Origin: Flectonema sp. DT1601
Lineage: Eukaryota
Length of the DNA: 64,000 bases
Reading direction: 5' to 3'
Assembly: GCA_964019425.1 (NCBI GenBank)
Contig: OZ025798.1
Coordinates: forward strand, 62,001 to 126,000
Shown: positions 52,358 through 64,000 of the stretch, piece by piece
How positions within the stretch are numbered: the stretch's first letter is position 1
Layout: each line of letters opens with the position of its first letter
The notes under the pieces: generated by a model
What the model was told of the DNA's origin: nothing
Seen by the model: the letters and a program-made list of their open reading frames with translations, nothing else
Database searches by the model: none
Position numbers and translations under genes: made by a program

Positions 52358-55300
52358 CTACAGTGCGGCAACTACGATCGCCAATAGCGAACAGAACACA
52401 GCCAACAACTTGTTTGGTGACAACATGTCTGAGCCGTTTGGTGGCAGTGTCACCAGATCCGGATTTGGAGTGGTAACTGGCTGTTCAGTGGTTGGTGGTG
52501 CCGTCGTCGCTGGTGGCGTCGCAGTAGTAGGTATTGGGGTAGTTGGTGGCTGTGCTGTTGGAACCGGAGTAGGTGACGGTGTGTCTCTCGCTCCAACTGT
52601 TTTGTTTTACATTAAAAGAAATAAGTTTTTTTTCCCTTCGCCAACCGAAAACACACTTTCAAATTAAAAATCAATCAAAAGCCAATCCTCTTTTCCTAAT
52701 AACTTACCGCCAACCTTGCTGCATCCGGTGGTTGGGTTGTCGCAGGCTGGCAGCATGGCATACCAGCAGCTCCGCGGAAAGCGACGGAGATGCAACAGAC
52801 AGTAACGCAGCACCTGACAGGCAAGCTGGTGGCGTTTGCCGCCTGACAAGAGCAGCAGCAGACTAAGGCTGGGGGGCGCACCTGGAAGTGACTTTCAACA
52901 GGGTTGCCCCCAGCAAGGGCTGGAATAGCAGGAGGAGAAACAAAGTGCGTGGAAAAAAGAAAACAACACAAAAAACATACCTGTAATGCTGGTGGCATTG
53001 ACGTTTCTGAACGTGTCCGGTGCGGCCAAGATTAGAACCGAGTCATCAGGGTTCGCAATATCGTCTGCCACTGCCTTTCCAACAAGGTCTCCCACAGCTG
53101 ACGGTTCTCCGTAGACGGTCGTCAACACCTGGAACTCGGCCTTTCCGACCAACTCCGCGACCGCCATCTGCTGCAACTGCTGCACCAATCTGTTGGCATT
53201 CGTCGTCGCGTTGGCTGCAACCCGGTAGTTCCTGCAGATGCTCGAGTTGCTGCGCATCTCGTTGGTGATTTCTACACCGTCCTCGACCAAGCACATGTAC
53301 TCGAGCACAATCTTGTCCAAGATTTGCAGTTCCTTCCTGATTACCGTGGCCATCGAATCCTCAAAGACCTGCTGGTTCAATCCTTCGAGGTACGTCTCAA
53401 ACGTGGCAACGGTGAACGTACCCATGACAAGTCCCACCTGGATCTCCTTAGGAGCAGGCGCGGTTGGGATGTCTGCGGTTCCGGTGACGTTGAACTTCAC
53501 GGTGCTGAACACCTTGCCGTCGCAGCTTCTCGTGGTGTCCCCGGTTCCCGACACGCACAAGAAGCTCAGGGTCATGTTCGGGCAGTTGTTGCTGAACTCG
53601 AGATCATCGAAGGTGATCACACCAGCAACCGCCTTCTCGACGATCGGGGTGAGCGTGTCCACTAACCCGCTCGCGGTCCTTCCTCTTCCGACGAACCCGA
53701 CGTGCGCAGTCGACGCACAGCTGCTGCTCACGACCACCGAAGACTCGAAGTCCCCGACAACCACGTCCCCGGCCACGTCGACCACCACCACGCTGAGGTT
53801 GAACTTCGTCAGCGGCTCCGACACATCGCCCCATCCGGCAGGCACGCTACACACTCCTCCCGGACACTTCACTCCGTTCGCAGGGTTCTCCAGCGAGATT
53901 CCGGTGATCCTCTGCATGAAGATCTCAGCCACGAACGAATCGTCCTTCGCGAACGTCGTGTCCAGGTTGTTGTTGTTCTCCTCTGAGAGTTCGAACCCGG
54001 TCGTCGTCAGCAAGAACCGCTTCTCCCCGTCCAACAGTCCCCTGTAGATCACGTTCGGCACCGTCTTCTTCCCCTCCTGCAACGCCAACTCGAGCGCGCT
54101 CACCGAGGTCTTGCCGTCGATGCTCCACCCGGCCGTTCCGCAGTTCATCTGCGCGAAGGTATCGTGTTGGCAAGCTCCTCCTCCCGTGATGCATGTGTCG
54201 TACACGTTCGAGAACGGCGCCTGCCTCGAAACCGACGTCTTCGCGTCGTTGTCCAGGCAAGGGATCGCGTACGGCTTCAAGTACACAAGCGCCGTGCTGC
54301 CCAGGTCCTCCGGGTGCGACACCACCGTCCCGGACACATCGCGGGCCTCGACCTTCAGGTCGAACGGAAATCCGTACACCCAGCGCATCGGTTCCGGACG
54401 CACGTTGATATCGTTGTACACCATCTCGTCCCCCATCTTGAATTTGCCGCTCGCCGACAGCCTCACACCCTTGCGCACGAAGTACAGCTTCTCGGTGATC
54501 GTGATCCCCTCAAACGGAGTCGACCCGTTCAGCAGCGGCGCCGCCGCCTCCAGCACGAAATCCCACGGGGAATGCGTGCAAGATCCCGGGGTCGGTTGGC
54601 AGCTCGGAAGCCTCGTCGTCTCGTCCGCGTCGATCGAGAAGGTCACCGATCCCGCTGTCGCCGTCGCCGTGTACGGTCCGAGCGTCGTCACCAGGTCTTC
54701 TGTCCCGTTTCCGCTCCCCACATTACGCGTTCCCGTCAACGTGAACAGCGTGTGGTAGTCTCCCGCCATCAGGTTGTTTCCATCGTCCAACACCCTCACC
54801 GTCAGCGTCGATCCGGTCCCCACCACCGCCGCGTCCTCCCCGTTGATCGTCCGTCCGTGCAGCGCCGAGAAGTTCGACTCCGACTCCAAGTTGATGTAGT
54901 TGCGGTGGTACTGCGTCACGATCTGCACCTTCGTTGGACGCTCGATCGTCACCTCCAAGATCGACTCAGGATTCTGCGACGTTACCGTTCCGTCTGTCGC
55001 GAGGATCGGAAGCCCGCCCACCGCCGCCGTGTTCAGCACGCACCTCGCAGTCCCGTCGATGTCTGCGAAGTATCCCGACAGGTCGGCGCTGTCTCCGTTC
55101 GTCGAAATCGTCACCGCACACATCCCGTCCGCCAGAGGCGACGTGCACGTGAAGCACCCGACTGGGTCCATCGAGCTCGCGGAGACCGGCACCATTCTTC
55201 CGCCAGTCCACGCCCCGGCCAGCCCGCCGAGTCCGCTCAGCTCCGCGTCGCTGTCGTAAGCCGTCAGCCCCAGCGCCACCGTCCGGTTGAACACGCTCCT

Positions 55301-58300
55301 CGCGGTCTTCCTCGACCCGCTCGTCAGCACCGGCACCGTCCCGCTCGTGCTCCAGTCCCAGATCGACAGCGTCTTCTGCGGCTTCAGCATAACCGTGAAC
55401 GTCTGCTCCGTCGCCGTTCCCAGCCCGCTCGGCGCAGTCACCGTCACCACACACGAGCACTCCTCAGTCGCTCTCGTCGCCTCCAGCCAGAATGTCGCCA
55501 CTCCCGCCTCGAAGCTCGCCTCCCCGGCTCCGTTCGTCCCGATCGAAACGCTGCACACGTCCACCGCATCCATGTTCACCACCGACGTGCACACCGCCGC
55601 CGCCGTCGCCGGCTCCGCCATAGGCGACACCGACAGGAACCACGAACGGTCCGTCGACCTCGCCGCAGGCTTCCTCGCCACCGTGAACGCCCGGAACGAG
55701 CAACGTCCCCCGGGAACCATCTGCGTCGAGTCCCGGCATCCGGTTCCCGTTGCCCTCGCCGAGTCGTCCACCGCCATGTTCGTCGCAATAGGCGAGAAGT
55801 TGATCAACGGAGCCTTCTTCTCTCCGAAGTTGTACGTTGGTCCCGTCACCCCGGTCACTGCGAACCGCACCGAGTACGCAACCCCAGGGGTGTCCGAAAG
55901 CTTCACAGTCGTCATTCCCACCGTTCCAGACGCCGTTCCGTCCGTCACCGTCGGGGTCGGGATACCGTTGTACACCCTCGTCCCAGTCGACAGCTCCTGC
56001 GTCGGCTCTCCAGTCGACAACGACGTCAGCTCCACAGCCTGTCCCGTCATCTTCGCGCTGTACCCGACCTGCGTGTGCGACGCAAGCGCCATCGACGCAG
56101 ACGAAACCTGTCTGATCCTGTACGCCGGCTGGAACGCGAACGCCGTCGGTCCCGCAACCACGTACGAACGGTCTCCCAAGTCGTCCGCCGCGTACACCTC
56201 GAAGCTCCAGCTTCCCACCTCTGTCTCGTTCCTGAACCACTGCGTCACCGCCGTCCTCGCCGCTGGGATCGCGATGATCTGCGTCGGGTCCGTCAACACC
56301 GTCAGCTGGTGTGCTTTCGAGCTCAGCGACAGCGAGCACTTGAAGCACGCCCTCGTGATGAACAGCCTCACCGTCGCCGATCCGTCCCTCGACCTCGTGT
56401 CCCTTCCGGTCAACGCCGCAGTCGCAGCAGGCGAAGTCGGAACCGCGTAAGCCCCGGCACCGTTTCCTTGGCTCGCAGCCGCGTTCCAAGTCAGTGAAAC
56501 CGACGCGTCGGTGCTGTCCCAGTCCGGCATGTTGTGCGAATCCGTCCTCCACACAGTCATTTGGAATGGCTTTCTCCTGCGAACCGCCACCGGAGGAACT
56601 CCCGCCAACAGCCACTGCGAACCGCAAGTGCGAACGTTGTACTCGACCGCGGTTGCCGAAGGGGCGTTCCCAACAGTCGACGCGGTGTACGCCCTCAGCG
56701 GGAACGTCGCCGACCTCGTCGGCCTTCCGGTCCTCGACAGCGTGTACGACACCATCACCCGACACTTGCTGCACGACCTCGTGAAGTAGAAGCTCACCAC
56801 CCCGGAAACCTCTGTCAGCCTAGGCCTGTAGCTCGCCGAGCTGAACTCCTCCGGAGACACTGCCGAGCACAGGTCCGCGGTGCTTCCCAGCTTCGCCGCC
56901 CCGTTCTGCAAGAACGCTCCGTTTCCGTACCGCATGCGCCTCGTGTCCAAAGCAGCTGCCGGAGAGTCCACCCACTCGCTCGTCACGTGGATCACCCGGT
57001 CCCACCTCTGGTTGCTCGGCTCCACCATCGCCCAACGGGTCGTCGTTCCGAACTCCTGCACGCTCTCCACTGACATCGTGAACAGGTCCCCCACCTGGAT
57101 GTGCGCGTCCGTTCCTCCGCGGATCGCCGGAAGCGTCTGCTGGTGGATGTCCACCACGTTGCTCTCTACCATGTTCACCGAGAACGGCTTCGTAATCTTC
57201 GTCCTCCCGGCGTACAGCGGAATCTTGTCCGAAGGGTTTGTCGAGTCCGACCCGAACCCGTCCAGGCAAGTCGCTACGTCCGCGTTGTTCGTGTAGCAAA
57301 GGTCCAGCTGCAGCGTGCAGTGCTCACAAGGCTCCGAGAACATCGGCCACGCCACTGCCGCTCCCATCTTCGTACGCACAGCCGCGCCCCCCTGCTCCAA
57401 CAAGAAGCTCGTCAGGTCTCCGTTGCGCGCCACCAACCCGTCGGACGTCAGGGAAGGCCTCATCGAGTACACATTCAGAGCCCCTCCGTTGTTGCAACGC
57501 TCCCAGCTCCTCTTCGACACCCGCACAAGCGTATCCGAGAACGTCCACGCCCGGTTGTTGTTCGTCGTCGTCGTCACGAGAGTCTGGATCGGGAACGGGA
57601 TCCCGACCGACACTCCATCCGTGTACCTCCAACCCGTTCCAGGCTGTGGAGAGTACGTGCGGTAGTTGCTCGTCACTGTCTGCAGGTGACGCTTGCTCGG
57701 GCACTCGTCGTCCAGCGCCACTGTCTCCGCCACGTCCCACTGCGCGAACGTCTCATCCGGGTTCGCGAACCAGTACCGGTTGGTCGTCGACGCACCCGTC
57801 ACTGACACAGAAGTCTCCGCCAGGTGCTCTGCGGTCACCACCAACGACCTCGGAGCAGCCTCCGTCGCCGCCACGTCCCTTCCGTAGAACGCCAGCGTCC
57901 CCTTCAGTCCCTCCCGCAGCACCGCGTGGTTCAACAACACCTGTCGGTTCGTCGTCACAGGCACGTTATTGTCCACCGTCAACGACACGTTCGTCACCGT
58001 CGATCCCGACAACACCAGAAACTGCGTTTCCGCGAACCTCACTGCGAACCGCACCGGCTCGTCGTACACGTAGAACCTAGTGTTCGGGATCGAAACGATG
58101 CTGTAGAACGCGAACACCTTGATCGAGCTCAAAGTCGGCCCCAGTCCGCACGTAGGAGAAGATCCGCGGATCTTCAATCCCGCTGCAGGCTGGTTCTCGA
58201 TGAAGGTGCTGATGCTCTTATCCACCGGAATCACCGTCAGGTACACCACCGTGCAGATCTCCAGGTTCGTCGCCTCGTTCAGCCCGGCAGTGTCCCACGT

Positions 58301-61300
58301 TCCAGCGCAGATACGGTACCCGGCCCTGCGCACCGGCGAGTTCACCGTCGCCGTCGACGCGTACTGAAGCTTGACCTTTCCGACTCCGTTCTCGATGTTG
58401 CTCTGCACTTCCGAGTTCGGACGCACACGGAGCGCCTGCACCTGCAGAGATCCGAACGTGTACGTGATGCTATTGCGCCTCTCCAAAGGAGGGATGTTGT
58501 AGGTCGAGTGCAACTCCATGTCGCTGCTCACGAACGACGAACTCGCCTGCTCGAACGTCCACGTCTCCGGAGTCGAGTCCCGAGGAGTCGACAGGCTTCC
58601 CATCGTCACGATCGTCGCGTTCCTCGACGTCGCCGTGTCCACGGTCTTCACTCCTCCGACGGTGTTGTAGAAGGTCACCTCCACCTCGAACCCACCGCTA
58701 CGGAACGTGTCGATGTTCGTGTAGTAGTGGTTCGCGCACGTCGAATCTCCAGCAGGGCACGCACTCTCTCCCCCGGATACAGAGGTCACTTCCACAGTCT
58801 GCACCACTGCCGGTGCGTCCGCTCTTTGCAGGCTGATGTGCGCGTCGCACGAGTAGCTCCTCGTCGAGATTGGGCGGGAACCGGCTCCTCCGCTCGCCGC
58901 ATACACGTTTCCGACAGAGCGGAACGTGATCACCATCACCTCAGGAACCCCCGTCGCAGGCGCAGACGTTCCCTCGAAGTACAGGTAGTTAAACGTGGTC
59001 GCACCGTTCGGCGCCTTCAGGGCCGAGGTCAAGATCGAATCCCCTCCCACTCCGACGCTGATGATCGAACTTGCTGACTGCCTCAGAGCGTACGTCTTTC
59101 CGTTCGTGTTTGCGTTCCTAACGTCAGCCGCAGTGTCCACGAACACCCTCCACCTTGGGTACGAAACTGGGTTCGTTGTGTCCTTCGCGTTTGCCTGCAC
59201 CGACACCGAGAACGCATTCGACACCATCGCCTCCCCCTCAGTCATTGCCACAAACCCGACAGTCAACGCCTGCGTTTCCGAAGGCGTGCAGTCCAGGGAG
59301 ATAGGCTCGTATGTCCATGAAAGCTCCTTGACTCCGTGACGCTGAGAAACGATCGCCTGGTGAGACTCCGGACCCGCCCCCCAAGTTGAGTGGAAGGTGA
59401 ACTCGCAGTTGTAGCACGGCTTTGATGGGACCATCTTCCACCTCGCGCCCCACCGCCTCGCCGCTCCGCTAATCTCCTTCGTCGGGTACTTGTACACGTC
59501 GCAGTGTCTGTTGATGCTCGTCGTCGTGAACTCGTCGTTTGAAGTGCTCGCCGTGTCGTATGCGCAGATGTCGAACGCGGAACGCCCAGACACCTCTCCC
59601 CAATCCGCGAGCATCGACACTCCGTCACGGTTCGTCGCCCCGCTCGCCGGTGCCGGGCCGTTCAAAAGCGCGAAGATGTCCCCGTAGTGGAACTCATCGT
59701 ACACGAAGTGCGCGGCCATTTGCGTTCCCGGAAGCGCCGTCACCAAGATCCCTTCCCTCACAGTGTTTGAATTCGTGTCCGTCGTGATCTGCAAAGTCGA
59801 CGCCGGAACGCGCACCGGCGTCACCATCGACACCTGCAAATCAGTCGATCCCGAGCGCTGAAGTGTGAACTCCAACTCGCAACCCCCCGCCGACGTGAAC
59901 CTCGAGCACTCGTTGTCGTTCACGTACACGCGGAAGTCAACGTAGTAGGAAGTGGCAGCGCTGTACTTCGGAACCGGATCCACCAGGGCCGACGTCGCAG
60001 ACGGGCTCGTCAGGTAGTTGTCCATTCCACTCGTCACTCCCCGAACCGCGTTCTCCGATCCCGCCAGGTCGAACCTCGCAGTCAGCCTCCATCCGGTCAT
60101 CGCGAGCGGCGTCCTCGGGATCGCTGCTCCTGAGGCATCGGTCAGCGTGTAGTACATCCTGTAAGGGGTCAACGCGTCGAGGTATGATCCCGCACTCGCC
60201 GTGAACACGGTCGCCCCGGTGTTCTGCTTGAAGCCCGGGGAAGGCATCCGGGACCCCGTCAGTCCGTAGGACACGTCCAGCGGCGCGATCGAGGTCACCG
60301 CGAACGTCGTCGGCATCCGGCGCGCAACACGCAACACCACACGAGTCCAGCTTCCGAAGTCTGTTCCGTACGTGATGTTCAAGAACACGTGCTTTTCGGT
60401 GAACTGTTGGTTCAGCCTTGGAGTGAACGTCCACGAGAACCATCCTCCCTGCACCCAAGGCACAGGGTTCGACAGCCTCGGTCGGGTCTCCAACGTCGCC
60501 GACACCGCCTGCGTCACCTCCGCCGGAACCACGTCCGAGTCTGTGTTCGTTGGGTAGTCTCCATCCGAGTAGTGTATCCCGATCGTCCCGTTCGGCGCAA
60601 ACTCAGGTCCCATCCACCTTGCCCGCAGGTTCAGCGTGCACGACTCCTCGCTCCAACACGTCTTCAGGTAGCAAAGCGTCTGCTCAGCCGCGCACCCGAC
60701 CTGTGAAGCCGAAGTTCCCACCCGCGCGCTCTCCACCTCCAAGTCGTCGATCGTCAGCGAAGTAGTGTGACGCGGCTGGATGTTCACCCACTGCGCCGGA
60801 GACGTCCACGCGTCGCCGTTCGCCATGAAACGCACACCGCACCCGAACTCGTTCGGTGGGCACGCTGAACGGTACTGCAGCTCGAACGTCGCCACTCCGT
60901 TCACCATCGACTGCCTCAACCCGTTCGACGGCCAACCGTACCGCGCCGCGTTCCCCATCGTGCACGCCCCCTGGTTCACTGCCAAGAACGGAACCAACTG
61001 CGGCGCCACGTCCTCCGGCTCAGTCCAAGCAGCATTGCACGCCAGACCCGAGAAGGTCGTCGTCGATGGGCAACGCTTCACGTCAATCGTGTACGATCCC
61101 TCGGGAACAGGCGACCCGTCCGCGGTAGCCGTGCGCACCACGTAGCGCACCGTCGAACCCGAAGTGAACAACACCGATCTCGAGAACTTCTCCGTTAACT
61201 CGTCCGTCACAGAAGCCACGGTCACCTGGTCCGCTCCGTACACCGACTCCAGCGTGGTAGTGTACTCGATGAACCTCCCGGTCTGCGCCACCAGCGTCGG

Positions 61301-64000
61301 CCTCTCGACGATCAGCCTGCTCGGAGCTCCCGTCGTGTCTCTCCAGAAACCGCTCCCGCCCCCAGAAGCACTCGTCCCGCGGTTGAACATCTGGTACACC
61401 ACTCCCTTCTTCGTCACACGCTGTCCCACGTAGTCCGGGTCCACGTATCCGGCCAACGCTTCCCCGGCTTTGTACACACAGACCTTGTACTGTCCGCTCG
61501 CCCCATCGAACGCAGGCGGCAGCACGAACATCCTCGCCACGTCCGTGTCCCACGTGTTGCGCACGGTAGCCGTTACGTTCGACGCCCTCTGCAGGGTGAA
61601 CCACTCGTCCTCCCCGATCGCCGATCCCCCTGGCGACTGCTGCGGTGCCGGACACACCTGCGTCGCGTTCACGATCGTGAGCAGGTCGAAAGGGTACCCG
61701 CCGTTGTTCTGCGAGCCGCAACGCACTCCCTTTCCGTGTTCCGCGTCGTCCTCGTTCACCGCACACCAAGACGAAAGCGACACCTGCGCACCGTTCGCCG
61801 CTACATCCGACACCACTCGCGTATCGAACGCGGTCAGGTTCGTCTTCGACGAGTCAACCTCCACCTCAAGGAACGATGGGTGCGCGTACAACCCGTATCC
61901 ACGGGCAGTCCTCGACGGAAGCCACAGCCACGGCTTCGGCCTGCTCGCGATCGACGTGTGCTGCACGCGGTAGCACACCTTGAACTCTCCAGTCACGATC
62001 GGAATGTGCAGCGTCGCCTCCATCCTCGTCGAAACCTCCGCCCCGAGAGTCGGGCACAGCGAAGACCTCCCGAAAGTTCCCGCTGCACAAGCCGCTCCGA
62101 AGTTGGCCGTCGAATCCACCGCAGGACCGTCGCAGTCGTCCTCGTCCACCGCCTCCCACTGCGAAACAGTTCCCCAAGTCGCCGACTTCGTTGGCAGCCT
62201 CGCCGCAGGCTTCTTCGACAGTACCAACTTGAAGATGTTGCTCGCACCGACCTCTGTCACACCGGTTGTGTAAGAGTGGAAGTGGAACCCAATCTCCCTC
62301 CCCGTCGGCGTGCTCGACGCAGGGGCCGACACGAACTGCGTCGACGCCCCTGCAAACGCCACCGTCTCCGCCGCCGGCCCCGTGAACAGCGACGTCACCG
62401 GCCTCAGTGCCGTGTCCACGGTCCAAGAGTCCACCAGACCCGCCTCGGTGTAAAATGCAGAACGTTGCCCGCCCGCCCGTGGGTCCCTGATCACCAGCTG
62501 GTTCGCCACCCCGCTTCCCTGCGCAACCTCTACCCAACGGCGGTCGTCCACCCCTCCTCCGAACACGTGTGTCGCGAAAGTCGTCCTCACGCACACCTTG
62601 TACTCCACCCGCGCATCAGAAGCTACAGTCGGCAGCGCGATCTTCATCACCGCCACGTCGCTCGGCCCGTCCGCCGGTCCGAGGTTCGTCGTACCCTGCT
62701 GCCTGTTAGGCGTCAACACTCCGACGTCTGCCGACAACCCCCACATCATGTTATCCGCCGAACCGTCGCTGCAAGAGTCCGACACCAACACGACCTTCGC
62801 AGAGTCCTTCCCCGCGCTCGTGTCGTACGAGTCCAGGTTCTCCGACGAGGAACACGATCCCGCAGAGAAGCTGCATCGGATGAGGTTCACGTTGATCAAC
62901 CCGTTGTTCGTCGGCTGGTTCCCCCCCGCCACGAACCAACGCAGCCCGTTGTCCTTCACCGAGTAAGTTCCCGGGTTCCACCACGAATTCGTGTGGTTCG
63001 CCGCGTCTAATCCAATCTGCATGCAAAGATGGTAATCTCCCTCCTCCTGCGGGGTCGTCATGAAGAACGTCAACGACGAAGACGAGTCCACCCTGTACAC
63101 CTTCGTCGATCCCACGAACGGAGAAGCCTCCGTCGATCCAGGAGCTCCCAGACAGTTGTTGTTGGCCAGCGCCGCGCTCGCCTTCACCAGCTTCGCGTGG
63201 AAAGTGATCCCCGCCGCCGCAGTCTCGTCCGGAACTGCCACGGTGTACTTCTGCAGCTCTCCTCCCAACAGCGTCGATCCTGCCGCAGGCGCGACCGTCA
63301 TCGTGTGCCTCGGGATCACCTCCCACTCATACGGAGTCTCCAGAATCAGCCAGTTTGCTGATCCAGCCTGCTTGTAGCAAACCTTGTACTGGTTGAACAC
63401 CAGTCCATCGCTTCCGACGTACTGCGGGTTGTACGCAGGCAGCTTCAACAGCGACGCCACCGACCTCGTGTTCGACAGCGAGTAGTCTCCCGGCACCACG
63501 TCGTCGAACAAGTCCGCCTCGTTCACCAACGCCGCTCCCAACAGCGTCCTGTCCGCCGACGCCGCCGAGCAGTCCTGCCCTCCGCAGTTCGCCATCGCGA
63601 ACGGCGACAGGCTGCACGCCGCCACCGACGACAGACCTGACCTCGCAGTCGTTCCGGTCCCGGCCACCGGACAGTACACCGACACGTGCGTGTCTACCAG
63701 GTCCGCATTCCAGTTCGTTGGGTTGATGTTGCACACCGCGTCCCTCTGCACCAACCGCAGAACGTCTCCCGAGTTCTCGCACCCGACTGGGTTCGTGCAC
63801 ACTCCACGCGGACCCGCCGTCAGCTCTTCCCGCACGTCCGTCACCAAGAACAACGCGTCCATCCCGGATCGGCGCTCCACCACCGACAGCGTCGGCCTCG
63901 TCCAAGTCTCTGTCCTGAAAGCCGATGAGTCCCACTCGCCACGGCGTCTGAACCCTTCCGGCATCACGTTCGCCGGGTCGTTCACCGACTCCACCCCCTC
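52358..64000 (-). CDS. Giant (>3700 aa, 5'-incomplete) beta-rich Cys-containing surface protein with mucin-like stalk and probable GPI signal (exons 52981->64000 and 52358-52596; intron 52597-52980)
   Basis: The frame is open to the window end. A phase-1 donor G|GTATGT at 52980 and acceptor AAACAG at 52597 give ...ITVGARDTPSPTPVPTAQPPTT...PPNGSDMLSPNKLLAVFCSLLAIVVAAL*. Recurrent Y/F-K-V-C and CxxC-x-L motifs. Confidence 0.85.

Noticed and set aside
53020..63935. Many long overlapping + strand and alternate-frame ORFs (e.g. 54164-56497, 777 aa)
   Set aside because: Arg/Pro/His-rich shadow ORFs, expected from high GC and biased codons opposite the giant gene. No motifs.

Overview
Eukaryotic genomic DNA, most likely from a euglenozoan protist such as a diplonemid (inference). 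All credible protein genes lie on the minus strand, introns are few and canonical (GTATGT...CAG), and a kinetoplastid/diplonemid-like spliced-leader 3' end appears at ~15.1 kb. In order: (1) a tandem array (3643-bp period) of secreted proteins built from 5-6 Cys-rich ~97-aa modules resembling the aerolysin/pertussis-toxin (APT) lectin domain; (2) an AT-rich intergenic region with a dispersed ~330-bp repeat; (3) a multi-DOMON ferric-reductase gene, broken at its 5' end next to a non-LTR retrotransposon relic; (4) a coiled-coil gene; (5) an intronless 4152-aa DUF3638/DUF3645-type helicase-like protein with thioredoxin, UBA and RanBP2 zinc-finger modules; (6) a receptor-type degenerate nucleotide-cyclase protein; (7) an orphan 5' fragment of 18S rDNA; (8) smaller genes (PNPOx-family flavoprotein, membrane MAP3K-like kinase, CoA-binding protein, GT61 glycosyltransferase, Sec14 protein, SnoaL-like protein, hypotheticals); (9) the 3' 11.6 kb of a giant, much more GC-rich gene for a probably GPI-anchored surface protein. 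All family assignments rest on motif recognition by eye; no database search was run.
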